A stretch of 64,000 bases of DNA from positions 106,704,001 to 106,768,000 of the forward strand of contig NC_058368.1 of NCBI RefSeq assembly GCF_018350175.1, given 5' to 3'. The translations under genes and the position numbers were made by a program. The notes below the pieces were generated by a model, which was not told the DNA's origin, did no database searches, and worked only from the letters and a program-made list of their open reading frames with translations. The stretch's first letter is position 1. The number at the start of each line of letters is the position of its first letter. Source of the DNA: Felis catus (Eukaryota). Shown here one piece after another: positions 37,990 through 51,695 of the stretch.

Positions 37990-38859
37990 CCTTAACATGG
38001 GAATGATTGATAATCATTGGTGAGAAGTCAGTCATTGCTAATGTGTGTGAGTGTGGTATGTGTTTGTGTTTCATGAAACTGCCTAAGGACTCTCAAATAT
38101 AAAAAAAAAATTGGTAAATATATAGAACTGGCAACGGTACGTGTTGGTCAATGTGAGTTTTTTAGCTATGAATCTTTTTCTAACTCTTGTTCAGGAGAGG
38201 GAGTGTGCCTCCTTCCCCACCAGACTGTCAATTCTGTAAGCTTGGCCCCTCCCTGTCTTCTGTTGCTACAACTTAGGTGCTTCTGTATCGTTAATAAACT
38301 TTCTTGTCCTATCTTTTAGCAGGTTGGACTGATGGTTTATTCTCCTGTACACTTCTGAAGAATTCTGATTTTATGTGCTTGCAAATTGTCAAACAGGCAT
38401 ACAGACCACCTAGAAAGCAACTGCCAAGAAGAAACATATTCAGAGACTAAAACATACTTAAATAACCCTTTTATGTTGACACTGTACATGTGAGAATCTC
38501 CAGACACTTCCCTTTCCAAACACCAGTTCATTCTCCAAACCACATTTCAGCAGAAGTAATCATTTTTATTGGGTGAGAAGAAGAGGTCAAGCCAGTTTCT
38601 TTTAGGTAGCTTAATTTTCATTAAATAGATGTTGTCCGTTTTCTTTTGCATTATGGCACCTAAAGCACAGAGAATTTTAGAGACTGGAGATGGTAAAAAT
38701 TACTAAGATTAGTCACTCCAGTTTAATACCCTTTTGATTAGAACTGTATTTCTTCTACCAAAAAATTATGCTGGTTTCATATTCAGGATTTTGAAATGTA
38801 CATTCCTTTGGACTAGGCAAAGAATGAAGTTACCTTTTTTCCTGTTTAAATCTTACTTT

Positions 38860-39075
38860 TTAATTATTTTTTTAAATGTTTATTTTTGAGAGAGAGACCA
38901 CGAGCGGAGCAGGGGAGGGGCAGAGAAAGAGGGAGACACAGAATCCAAAGCAGGCTCCAGGCTCTGAGCTGTCAGCACAGAGCCCAATGCGGGGATCAAA
39001 TTCATGGACCAGACCACAAGATCATGACCTGAGCAGAAGTCAGATGCTTACCCGACTGAGCCACCCAGGCACCCC
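38860..39075 (-). mobile_element. CanSINE
   Basis: TSD ttaaatcttacttt. Confidence 0.92.
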
Positions 39076-39416
39076 TTAAATCTTACTTTCTAAGTGAAAT
39101 AGTAGTGTAAGTCTTCACACGAATTCTAATATATTGTGTGGGTATTCACCATATTCAAAGTCCCATTCCAAGCCCTTAATAGATTCAAGGATGATAGTGG
39201 GTACTCTTGCCCACTCAGTCTAATGGGACTTCTACTTTTGCAAAAGAAATTATCAAACATATTAGATACATGCATTGCGTTAAAAGTGTGTAATTGCATG
39301 TAAATTAGGTTCAGGTTTGAAATACCCAGAATTGATCATGGTTTGAGTTATGTTATAAATTGCTGCTCAGCGTGTAATGGGCATGTTCTCAGAAATGCAA
39401 GTGAAATATGATTCTG

Positions 39417-40042
39417 TGTGGCACACAGAATCCTAAAGATGACACTCCTAAGATTCTTGTCCCCTGGTTAATTGAACATTAACCTAGGTACTGCTGTGGA
39501 GGGATTTCACAGATGTAAGTACAATCCTTCAGTTTACCTTAAGACTTGGAGATCTAACTCCATTCACCCTTTATTTTTTTTAATGTTTATTTATTTATTT
39601 ATTTTGACAGTGAGTGAGCAGGGCAGGTGCAGAGAGAAGGAGAGAAGGAGAATCCCAAGCAGGCTCTGTGCTGTCAGCTCAGAGCCCAACGCAGGGCTGG
39701 AACCCACCAACTGTAAGATCATGACCTGACCTGAAACCAAGAAAGAGTCTGATGCTTAATGAACTGAGCTACCCAGGTTCCCCTGTTTACCCTTTTAAAG
39801 CACAGGCAGGGAACTGAATTGTATCTAAAGAACAACCTAAAGAACATGGAAGCTGGTATTTTTCCACACTTTAGAAATGAGTACAGCCTGATGACACCTT
39901 GATTTTGGCCTTGTGAGACCCTGAATACAGAACCCAGTTAGGCCATTCAAAACTTCTGACTTATAAACTGCAATGATAAGTGGGTGTCATTTGAAGCTAC
40001 TACATTTATAAAAATTTGTAATGTAGTAGTAGAAAACTAACA
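39417..40042 (+). mobile_element. MLT1 (E/F-like) solo LTR interrupted by an antisense SINE (39572-39783)
   Basis: tgtggcacacagaatcctaaagatgac...ctaggtactgctgtggagggatttcacagatgtaa...gacaccttgattttggccttgtgagaccctga...agtagaaaactaaca. Confidence 0.82.
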
Positions 40043-40214
40043 CTGTCAGAATAAAGGATGAATATGATTATATATTGATTGTGGATTTATATACTGGAAG
40101 AAAATGAAGCCCTCTCAGATGAAAGAATAGTTCATGACCCTCTGAAAGCAGAGTAAGAAAAAAGAAAATGTGTGTTAAGAAATGAAAGTGAAGGGAGACA
40201 TTCAAAGAGATTTT

Positions 40215-40448
40215 TTTAAACGTTTTATTTGTTTGTTTCTGTTTTTTTTGTTTGTTTGTTTTTGTTTTTGTTTTTTGAGAGAGAGAGACAGAGCGCAAGT
40301 GTGGAAGGGGCAGAGAGAGGGAGACACAGAATCCAAAGCAGGCTCCAGGCTCTGAGCTGTCAGCACAGAGCCTGAGGTGGGGCTCGAACCCACGGACCGT
40401 GAGATCACAAAATTGGACCCTCAACTGACTGAGCCACCCAGGTGCCCC
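40215..40448 (-). mobile_element. CanSINE
   Basis: TSD agacattcaaagagatttt. Confidence 0.92.
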
Positions 40449-40518
40449 AAGACATTCAAAGAGATTTTCATTTACCATACCTGGTGAGAAAGTAGAACAG
40501 TGAAAGGATTTTAAGAGT

Positions 40519-40725
40519 GGGGTGCCTGGGTGGCTCAGATGGTTCAGCATCTGACTCTTGGTTTCAGCTCAGGTCATTATCTTGTGCTTCAGGAGTTCCA
40601 GCACTGCATCTGGCAGTGCAGAGCCAGCTTGGGATCCTTTCTCTCTCCTTCCCTTTCTGCCCTTCCCCACTTGCGTTGTCTCTGTCTCTCTCAAAAGAAA
40701 TAAACTTAAAAAAAAAAAAACACAA
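40519..40725 (+). mobile_element. CanSINE (older type)
   Basis: Degenerate TSD aaaggattttaagag / aaagggttttgagag. Confidence 0.88.
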
Positions 40726-41074
40726 AAAGGGTTTTGAGAGAATTTTGCAACAATTTATTACAACCTACAATCTTCCCAATTTCTCCACATTTATATTTCT
40801 TTTTTCTTGTTGCATCAATGATGATCATATAGCACACTAAATTGGAAAGCGTCTGAACACTTGGCCTGTGGAGTGGAAAGGAAAGGGCAGAGGAAAACTG
40901 GCTATCAAAGGAGGTAAATCAGGTGGAACCAGCCCAGAATATAGGAAAATGCACCAGCAAAGAAAAAACAAAAACAAAAACAAAAACAAAAACAAAAACA
41001 CACACAAAAAAAACCCCAAAGGTGTCAGATTGGGCCAGGTCTAGCTTTGCAACAAAAAGGCCTATGACATTCGT

Positions 41075-41210
41075 ATACTGATAAAGTGTATAAAGTATAA
41101 TTTATACTAAGACTCTTTGAAAAGGTAAAGGAAGCATAATTAATCGTTATGCTTGGAAACAAGCATAAAATGAGGTGATGCCCCAGGCAAACTAACTGTA
41201 TGGTCACTCT
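41075..41210 (-). mobile_element. hAT-Blackjack MITE (MER94-like)
   Basis: The minus strand reads agagtgaccatacagttagtttgcctgggg...tttatgcttgtttcc...cataacgattaat, resembling the recalled AGGGTGACC...GTTTGCCTGGGAC consensus. Confidence 0.55.
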
Positions 41211-42534
41211 ATTATTAACGAACATATTGGAGATGTACTTTTACGTATTAATCAGAATTGTACACGATACATTAAAGTACTTATTTCAGAAATATTAAGC
41301 TGTGATAATTATTTTTGTAATTTATATATTGCATTACTTAATCCCCTGCCACAATGATTAAACTTACTAGGAGTCATCATAGGAGCATTTGCTGCATATG
41401 TTGGAAGCTGGTTTCATGCGATTTCTCTCAGCCTTCAATTCGGATGGCCGCCAAGCATGATGGTGTGTTTCAGATAGATCAGAGATTAAGAGGTTGATAA
41501 TTTTCATCATGTTTTAAATTCTGTTATCTGAAACTTCTGGAGTCATGTTTAGAAGATAATAGAAACTGTGCCTTTTTATTGTCCTTCTAACTCAGCTTTT
41601 ATTGGTTCTTTTATTTGAGATGACCTTCTTTTGACTTCTTTATCTCTCTCTTTGCTCTTTTTCATTTATCCAACTTTTTTGTAATATTTTGGAGTACTTT
41701 CTCTGTGCCTAAAAGCTTATACTGGGTGCTAGAGACAGAATGGTAAATAAAAAGAAACTATGTTCACATTCTTTTAAATCTTTTCCTCTTTGCTGACCTT
41801 TTGTTATTCTTGTCTATGTGATTCAAAGACAGTTCCCCCTTGTCTCCCTTTACTCTGCACCACCTTCTCTCCATGTCTATATCATCATAGCTTTCAAGCA
41901 TAAATGTATTGGCACATGTCTCTGAAGTATTCAGAAGCCTTCCATATATTTTTTTTTTAATTTGGACCATAAATTTTAATAATCTCATGATCAGAAGATT
42001 CTGTCTTAATGTCAGTTTGAGTTTTTCTATGTCATTTATTTTCTCTAGTAAGAGTATTGAAGATAATTGAGTTTATTAATCATTTTTTCTTTTTGTGTAA
42101 TTATTAGTATGTAATTATATCAATGTAATCTATTATTTTAGTGAAAATTTTTGGTAGGTCAGTTCTAGTATGATATATAGAATATTATCAATTGTTAGTT
42201 CTATTATGATGTAAAGAATATTACCAATTGTTAGATGGCAAAAAATGCAGAAACTTTGTAAGCCCATATGGAAGAACATGCTTTTCCAGATAGTACAGTG
42301 ATTTGTGTCTTTAATACCTAAACAATCTGATGATGCAGCACATCGGTTGCTTTGCATGTGCCATAGTCTTTCCATTTCTGGCTCTTATGTGGTTGGAAAT
42401 GGTAATGACTCCAGAGAATATGGAGATCATTGAGCTGCTTCATTTGCACTGTAGAAGTAATACCATCCCATAGGTAATATTCTATAAATTACAAGACAGT
42501 AGTTCTTATTGTTTTGGGTTTTTTTTTTCCAGAG

Positions 42535-45500
42535 AGGGAACTTCTGTCTAGTTTAAGATAAGCTGGAGTGAACACATTCCACCCTTCTCTTTCATTGAAT
42601 GTAGCTACAAAACATGGGAGAATAGAACAACTATTTGAAGATTTTAAAAAGTAAATAGTAGCGGGGTGCCTTGTTGGCTCAGTCAGTTAAGCATCTGACT
42701 TCTGCTCAGGTCATGATCTTGTGGTTCGTGGGGTTCAGCCTCACATTGGGCTCTGTGCTGACAGCTCAGAGCCTGAAGCCTGCTTCAGTTTCTGTGTCTC
42801 GCTCTTTCTTTCTGCCCCTCCCCCCTCCTCTCTTTCTCTCTCTTAAAAATGAATAAACATTAAAATTTTTTTAAAAAATAAAGTAATTAGTACAGTGCAG
42901 ATTGAGAAGAAGGCAAGAATTTGAAGTACTACAAACCAGAAGTGAGTTTATTATTTTTCTCTCTCTCCTGGACTCAGAACAGCCCAAACTTGAAAGTAGT
43001 CATTAAGACATGTACAGAGAGAGAGAGCTAAGAAATCCCTTTGGTTTGAATCAAGGATGAAGAAGATCTCCTAATGCTCTGATAAAGTGGGGGAAGTCCC
43101 CCTTTTAAATAATTGCCCACGTTCTTTCCTGACTTATCTACCAAGCAATCCTATGACAGTGGCAGTGGGGAGACCAACAGGAGTCATAAAAATCTGAGAC
43201 GAACCTTACTCTCTGGTCTACAGAACTTTTATTTTAAGAGGGAAGGGTGAACCTTCCCTCTTGTATTTTGTTGCAGCCCTTTTATTGCTCAAGCCTAGAC
43301 ACAGACATAGTCCCAAAAAACGCAGTACAGAGTGGGATAACTAAAGCCCAGACTTTCTGGAAGCACTACTGGAATGAGAACCACAGGAACAGGGAAGGGA
43401 CAAAGGAGATGCTGGAGAGGGAAGAGGTAGGGAAAGTAACCCCGTACACTCGGTTATCAACTCCTCTGCCTACCTCAGCTTTGCGTATATGAATATGACC
43501 ATAAAATTTGAGAATTGAGCCCACTAAGCTACTGAGCCACCTAATTCACAGCCTGGTCACTAGATGACAAACACACAGGGCTGGAAAAGGCTTTGAAAAT
43601 CAACAGTAGAAATTTGACAATGAAACCAAAGCCTACAGAGCTTTGGAATTTTGGAACTTTTATGATTAAGTATCAGCATTCTTTGTAGGATTTAAATAAG
43701 ACTGAGAGTCTTACAATGTAGTGTTAAAAATGTCAGGATACAACTCAAAATTACACCATCTGTAAAAAAAATAGGGAAATCTCAATTTGCATGGGAAAAG
43801 ACACTCATACTTTCTCTGAGGTGGTGCAGATTTTGGAATTCTATGACAAATCTATTATAAATATATTGCAAAAAGTAGGGGCACACGTTTTTTAAATGAA
43901 TGAAAAGATAGTCTCAGGAAATAAATAGAATGTATAATGAAAAACCAAATGGAAATATTACAATTTAGAAAGAATAACCAAAATAAGAATTTCCCTGCAT
44001 GTACAGAGTTGTAGAACCAAGATGACAGAGAAAGGAGTCTGAGAACTTAATGATATATCAGAAGAAATTATCCAAACTGAACACCAGAGAGAAAAGAAGA
44101 TTGGGAAAAAATGTCTTAGGCATCTGTGGAAAATATCACAAGGCATCATCATGGGTCCCAGAAAGAGACACAAAGAGAGAAGAAATATGACTGAAGACTT
44201 TGCAAATTTGGCAAAAGATATGAATCATCAAAAGGCCAAGTAAACTCTGAACAAGAAATGCCTGAAAAGATGCACAGCGTATCACAATCAAACAGCAAAA
44301 AGTAAAGATGAAGAAAAAATGACACAACCCAAAAATCTGTTATTTTGAGGGGACCAGTGCTATTAATGACAACAGATTTGTTATAACAAATTAAAGCCAT
44401 GAAAGCCAGTAGGATGGCATGCTATTTTTAAAATACTGAAAGAAAGGATTGTCAATGTAGATAAGATAAAATAGGGGTGCCTGGGTGGCTCATTTGGTTA
44501 AGTGTGTGACTCTTGGTTTCTGCACAGGTCATGATCTCACAGTTCGTAAGTTTGGGCCCTGTATTGGGCTCCGTGCTGACAGCGCTGAGCCTGCTTGGGA
44601 TTCTCTTCCCTCTCTCTCTGCCTCTTCACTGTTTGCCCGCTTGCTCTCTCTCAAAAATAAACATTAAAAAAGAGATAAAATAGGAGCATCTCTTATGAAG
44701 AAAAAACCAAGAGAATTCATAATCAAAAGAGCTTCTTTAAAAGAATTGCCAAAGTAAGTAATTCTGATGGAAGGGACAATATGTTTAATGGAAACTAGAA
44801 CATCAGGAATAAAGAAAGAGCAAAAGAAATAGAATATAAGTAAACATAAAATACTTTTTCTACTCTTGAGTATTTATTCTTGTTATAGGCCCAAAATGGA
44901 ATATCTAAGTATAAATTTAACAAAACATATACGGAATCTGTGTGATTAGAACTATAAAATGCTGATGAGAGCAATAAAGGAAGATCTCCTTTTTTTTTTT
45001 TTTAAGTTTATTTTGAAAGAAAGAGCATGAGTGGGAGAGGGTAGAGAAGGGGACAGAGGATCTCCTCCAGAGACAGGAAAGAGGATCTAAAGCAGGCTTG
45101 GTGCTGACAGCAGAGAGCCCAATATGGGACTTGAATTTGCAAACCATGAGATCAAGATCTGAGCTTAACTGACTGAGCCACCCAGGCACCTCAGTAAAGG
45201 AAGATCTAAATAAATATTTAGATGAACATCGAAACAGATGTTCATAGATAAGGAAGTTCAGCAGAGCACAGATATAGCTCTTCTCAATTGATCTATAGAT
45301 TTAACCCAATACCAATAAAAGGTTGAGCTCTTTTTTGTAGATAGAAACAAGACGATCCTAAAATATATATGAAAAGGCAAATAACTGAATAGCCAAAACA
45401 ATTTTGAAAAGAAAAGTAGTTTTGGAGGAATCAGTCCTTGATTTCAACACTTACTACAAAGCTTCAATAATGGATACAGTATGTTACTGCTTAAGAAATA

Positions 45501-47833
45501 GATACAAGGGATGGCTGGGTGGCTCAGTCAGTTGAGCGTCTGACTTCAGCTCAGGTCATGATCTCGCGGTTCATGAGTTTCAGCCCCGTATCAGGCTTCC
45601 TGCTGTCATTATGGAGCCCACTATAGATCCTCTTTCCCTCAGCTCCCTCACCCACTCTATCATTCAAAAATAAATAAACCTTAAAAAAGAAAGAAATAGA
45701 TACATAGGTCAATGGATCAAAATACAGTTTCCAGAAATAGATCCTCACAAGTGTGGCCAATGATTTTCTATAAAGGTACAAATTCTGTTTAATGAAGTAA
45801 GAATAATCTTTGGAGAAATGGTCTTGAAAACACTGGACATCATTCTACATTATGAAGGACTATAAAGTTCTTTTACTTTTTTTAATGTTTATTTATTTTT
45901 GGGAGAGAGAGAGAGAGCACACACAAGTATGAAAGGGGAGAGAGGGAGACAGAGGATCTGAGGCAGATGCTGCACTGACAGCAGCGAGCCCAATATGGGA
46001 CTCGAACTCATGAATCACAAGATCATGACCTGAGTGGAAGTCGATAGCTCAACCAACTGAGCCACCCAGGCACTCCTACTTTTTTTAATAAAAGAAAATA
46101 AATAAACTTATAAAACTTTATACAAAATGTATTATTAATCTAGTGTAAAATGTAAAAGTATAAAGCCGAGAAGAAAACACCAGAATCTGTGATCTTGAAT
46201 TAGGTAAAGTGCTTTTAGATACAATACCGCAAGCATAACCCATTAAAGGAAAAAATAGTAAAGTAGATTTCATCAAAATTAAAACAACAACATCGAAAAT
46301 AAAAATATTTTGCTCTGTTAAGGGATTAAAATATAAGTTATGGGAGGCCGTCTGGGTGGCTCAGTCAGTTAAACGGCCGACTCTTCTGCTCAGGTCATGA
46401 TCTCATGATGGTGAGTTTAAGCCCCGCATAGGGCTTTGCACTCACAGCAGAGAATTTGCTTTGGATCCTCTGTCTCCCTCTTTCTGCCCCTCCCCCACTC
46501 ATACTCTCCCTACCTCCTCCTCCCTCTCTCTCTAAAATAAATAAATGTTAAACATGTTTTTTAAAAGTACAAGTTCTGGACCAGAAGAAAATATAATTGG
46601 CCCTTGAACAGCATGGGTTTGAACTGCATGGGTCCACTTATATGTGGGTATTTTTTGATAAATGCAGTATGGTACTGTAAATGTACTTTGCCTTTCTTAC
46701 AATTTTCTCACTACCCTTTTCTCTAGCTTACTTTATTCTAAGTGTATAGTACATAATATGTACAACATACAAAATAGGTGTTAATTGACTGTTTATGTTA
46801 TCTGTAAGGTCCTCCTGATTAACAGTAAGTAGGCTTTAGTAGTTAAGTTCTGGGAGAGTCAAAAGTTATATGTAGGTGTCTGACTGTGTGTGTTGGGGAG
46901 ATCAGTACTCTTAACCATTGTGTTGTTTAACTGTCTTCATAAGTCTTCATAAGTCTCACATATCCAGACATGAGGACTTATATACAGGATATATAAAGAA
47001 CTCTCAGAGTTCAACACTAAGAAAACAAACTTTAAAAATGTGCAAGACTTGACATGACATTTCACAAAAGGGATATATATTGGAAATAAACACTTGAAAA
47101 GATGTCATCATCAGTTGTCATTAAGGATATGCAAATTAAATCCACAGTGAGATATCACTGTATGCCTATTTTATGACTAAAATATAAAATACTGACAATA
47201 TCAAGTTCTGTGGATAATGTGGGTCAACTTTAATACTCAGACATTGCTGCTGGCAATTGCAAAACTTTACAACCACTTGGGAAAACAATCTGGCAATTTC
47301 TTAGGAAGATAAGCAAATACTTATCATATGACTCAGTAATCCAATTTCTAGGTGTTTACTTCAGAAAAATAAAAACTATCTTCACCCAAACCTGGTCATG
47401 AACATTTATACCTACTTTATTCATAATTGTCAAAAACTGGAAACAATCCGATGGGCTTCAAGAAGTAAATGGTTCAAGTCTGTAGTAATTTGAGGACTCT
47501 CAAAGCACTGTACTCACTGAAAGAAGCCAGTCTCAAAAGGTTAGCTGCCTTATGAGTCCACTTACATGACATTATCTAAAAGACAGACCTATAATGATGA
47601 ATCAGATCAGTGATCCAGAGATCACTATTGTTTTAAAGATGGGAGAAAGTGTACTTACAGTGGGAAAGCACAGGGTGCCTGGGTGGCTCAGTCACTTAAG
47701 TGTCCGACTTTGGCTCAGGTCATGATCTCACAGTTCGTGGGCTCCAGCCTCACATCGGGCTCTGTGCTGACAGCTCAGAGCCTGGAGCCTGCTTCGGATT
47801 CTGTGTCTCCCACCGGCTCTCTGCCCCTTCCCT

Positions 47834-47876
<43 letters not shown>

Positions 47877-48055
47877 AATAAATAAACATTGAAAAAAATT
47901 TTTTAAAAATAAGGGGGAAATCCCAGTTTTGGGGAGTGATGGACCTCTTCTGGTTCCTGATGGTGATGGTGATTCAGTGAATCAATGTGAGTGTTAAAAT
48001 TCTTAGAACTGTTCAATGAAAGTAATTTAAATATAAAAACATAAAAAGAAAGAAA
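42535..48055 (+). mobile_element. Long old L1 relic (5' region, ORF1, ORF2 remnants, 3' end) carrying 7 SINEs and a Tigger
   Basis: gaaattatccaaactgaacaccagagag (ORF1-like); atagccaaaacaattttgaaaag, gcaaattaaatccacagtgagatatcac (ORF2-like); 3'UTR-like end with an A-rich tail. SINEs at 42663-42879(+), 44474-44672(+), 44990-45191(-), 45508-45690(+), 45878-46075(-), 46342-46550(+), 47673-47910(+). Confidence 0.78.
46594..46933 (+). mobile_element. TcMar-Tigger MITE (Tigger2a-like)
   Basis: Starts after a TA: ttggcccttgaacagcatgggtttgaactgcatgggtccacttata...ctagcttactttatt...agtagttaagttctgggagagtcaaaagttata...gttgtttaactg. Confidence 0.85.
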
Positions 48056-48244
48056 TTATGTGATCATTATATTTGCTTTTTGCATTACAACCAGGGATTT
48101 CAGAAAGGTTTCTGCAGGTTGTATCTTGCACAGGATACCTAATGTACAGAACCTGAGGAACGGAAAAGACTGAAATCCCACCCAGACTTCACCTACCAAA
48201 CCCTTTTTCTCATTCACTTAAGAAGGCTTTTTTGAAATTATTGG

Positions 48245-48393
48245 AAAAATGTTTATTTATTTTGAGAGAGAGGGCATGAATGGGGGAGAGTCAGGGAGGG
48301 AGAGAGAGAGAGAATCCCAAGTCCCAATATGGGTCTGGATCTCACAAACCGTGAGATTCATGACCTTAACTGACTAAGCCACCTAAGCGCCCC
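48245..48393 (-). mobile_element. Internally deleted CanSINE
   Basis: Tail, GA tract and head present; middle segments missing. Confidence 0.8.
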
Positions 48394-49309
48394 TGGAAAC
48401 CTTTTTAAAACGTCGTCTCCCCATCATTGTGCCACTTTTAAATTCATACTAGCACACTCTTCTAACTGAGGCCCTGCTAAAGGACTGATTATTTTTGCAG
48501 ACTTCAGTGAGTGTGTTCAAATGTATTGTTTCAGAATTTCTAAATGGAAGAGCATTTCTTTGTTTTCTTTTCTTTCCTTTATCCCTGTTCAGGTTCTACC
48601 CATTTTTCAGAACCCTGATTAATTTCCACTTTTGGACTTGTTAGATTATCTCCAACTCTACCATGCAGGCTTTTGGAGGAATTCAATATACCTTTTTTTT
48701 AACTTGCATTTCGTTCATTTCCTCTTCTTCTAATCTTTTCGTGATCAAGGATCTTGCTTAGTACTTGTCTGTGTCCTCAGCACATACCACAGTAATGAGC
48801 ATCCCAGGTGCTCAATCCATGTATTTCTGAATAGAAATGAGTTCCTGATAGAAAAATGACATCTTTCCTGTGGTTTACAATAAAAGCAAAGCTGAACTTA
48901 TCTTGTTTAATTCTTGGCTGCTGGTGTATTTCTTATTAGGCTCTGGCCAGGACATAAATCAGACACTATATTTCTATTTTGGCGGGGCATATTCCAGGGA
49001 TAAGACTTGGATACATAATTCTTAAGGAATTATTATGAAAAGTGATTGTTCATAAGGCAATTTTCTCCTCATCCTTTACTGTTAAAGCTTCATTTAGTTA
49101 CAGAATTTTGTTGGTAGTAGAAAATATTTTAATGGTGCTATTAAGTACTATATGAATATTAAAATTTGCCAAATATATCCTTGGGAAACAAAAAACATTT
49201 TAATTTAGAAAATTCCCTGAGATCCTCCTTGTAGTTTTTGAGAATTATCTTATTATAAGATCTAGAAGTGCAGCTTCACCACCCAGCATTGTCTGTATAC
49301 AAGAATATT

Positions 49310-49635
49310 TCTCAAGCATCTGTCATGTGCCATGGGTTTTTAAATACATCACCTTCTTTAACCCTTCAAAAGTTCTGGATCATAAGGGATTGTTAACCTC
49401 CTTTTACAGTTAAGAAAATGGTTTAAGGGTGAGCATGTTTCACGCAAGCCAACATAGGCTTGAAATATTTTATCTAAATTAACTGGCATTCCTAAGCCAA
49501 ATGGCTAATTTCCCGATTTTACTATTGAGAAAACTGAGGCTCAGGAAAAAGAACGAATTTTCCTATGGTCACAAAGCTAAAAATCAAGGCTGGGACTCAA
49601 ACCCTACAATATTTGACCCAAGAGCTTCCGTCCTT
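49310..49635 (-). mobile_element. MIR fragments
   Basis: ttttacagttaagaaaatgg; ttttactattgagaaaactgaggctcagg...ggtcacaaagct...ctgggactcaaacc. Confidence 0.6.
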
Positions 49636-50697
49636 AAAACTTTATTCTTTGCATTTTGTCTTTACTTAATGCAGAAAACAGGTCATGAAAATCTGGTGTT
49701 AATTCCAATCAGGATTTTAGAAAAATCAAATCATCTTTGAGAAGATTTTACCCAGTTTACTATTAACTACCTCAGCGTAGAGACCTAAAAAGCTGAGATC
49801 TTAAAAATGCATCTAAAGTTAGAACACTTGTCCTTATGTAAATGTGTTTTGTTTAACAAATCATGTCACATCACTATATTAAACTTAATAGTTTAAATTT
49901 TAGTCATTGGGATTTAAGAGTATCAGATATTTGTAATAGTAATGGAATTATAATTATATTCTTTAGATTTCTCCAGCTTATAGAATTATTTATTTTCTTG
50001 AATAAAAAACACTGATCACACTGGGTAGAGAGCGAGTTACGAAAAGTAACAACATGATTAAAAATTGGCATGATGAAAAAAGAATGTGTCAAGCTGTTTT
50101 GAAGTTTGAATGTGTTTATGGTTATAAATGCATGCTGTCAGTGTTTTTACTAGTATTCTAAAAAGCAATTTATACAGCTTTTTAGTAGCATGATATTTTT
50201 AGTTTTAATTGTCCCTGTTTAATGCCTTCAGGATATGATTACGTTATAACATTATAAAAATGCGTTAGCCAAAATTCCTGATTTATATGCAATCAGAACA
50301 CTTTAAAAATTTTCCAGCTGTATCCTTAAATTTCGCAAAAATCTTTAACTGTGATTCATCTTACCTATTTTTTAAAGTCATGACAGTTTTTTAGTCTCCG
50401 AGGCAGATGAAGTCATTAAACCTAATTTGTTTTTGTTTTTGTTTTTGTTTTGTTTTTGTGAGCAAAGTCATACAGAAAGCCTGAGAACTCTGATTTGTCT
50501 TTTTTTTTAAATTAACTCAGCAATGGGAATACCACCTTTCATCCATGTTTGTGGTAGACTGCACAGTAAATTTCCCATTTCTGATTTATAGGTGTTAGAT
50601 GTGTGATCTACCACATACAGCTTTTTCAGTGTACCCCAGCATTATATTTTCAGATTTGCACTCAAATCTAAATTAAGAATTTCAGATGGTATATATA

Positions 50698-50910
50698 TTT
50701 TTTAATTTTTTAATGTTTATTTATTTTTGAGAGAGACAGAGACAGAATGCAAGTGGGTTGGGGCAGAGAGAGGGAGGTACAGAATCCGAAGCAGGCTCCA
50801 GGCTCTGAGCTGTCAACACAGAGCCTGACGCGGGGCTCGAACTCACAAGCTATGAGATCATGACCTGAGCTGAAGTAGGACACTCAACTGACTGAGCCAC
50901 CCAGGCGCCC
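50698..50910 (-). mobile_element. CanSINE
   Basis: TSD agatggtatatat. Confidence 0.93.
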
Positions 50911-51424
50911 AAGATGGTATATATTTTTAATTATGTATTAGGGATATATCAAAAACACAGTAATGTACATTGGAGTCAGGCTTAAACTCTCTAAAGATTT
51001 GAGAGTTTAACTTCTGAAATCATCCCATAGCTTGCCTTTAAATTTTCTGAAAGAGAGAAGAGAAATGAATGTGAAGTACAATAAATCTAATTTATTAGAT
51101 TATTCTAATACAATCATTCTGTATTCTAATACAATAGCGGGAGCACAATACTAGCTTGCAGACATAAATTTTCCTAATTGTTCTTACTTTCAAACAAAAG
51201 CCTTCTGTTTCATTATCTTAACGTGGGAACGAGGGAGGTCTGCTTAGTAGTGTGGTTTATTGTAAAGATTAAGAACATGTGAAAACAATGAAAGCAGCAA
51301 GTAAATCTCTTTTGGAACTTGTCCTTTACCATGATGTCTTCTCCATGCTTAAAAGAGCAGATTTTAGGAACTGGCCATCTCTGTCTTTCCTTCATACCAC
51401 TGTCCCTATGAACTCACTTTCTTT

Positions 51425-51592
<168 letters not shown>

Positions 51593-51695
51593 ATATTTTA
51601 GTTTTAAGTAGTCTCTACATCCAACATGGGGCTTGAACTCACAACCCCAAGATCAAGAGTCACATGCTCTACTGACTGAGCCAGTTGGGCACCCC
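51593..51695 (-). mobile_element. Short tRNA-Lys-like SINE variant
   Basis: Same type as 37213; the TSD tgaactcactttcttt encloses both the SINE and the microsatellite. Confidence 0.85.
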
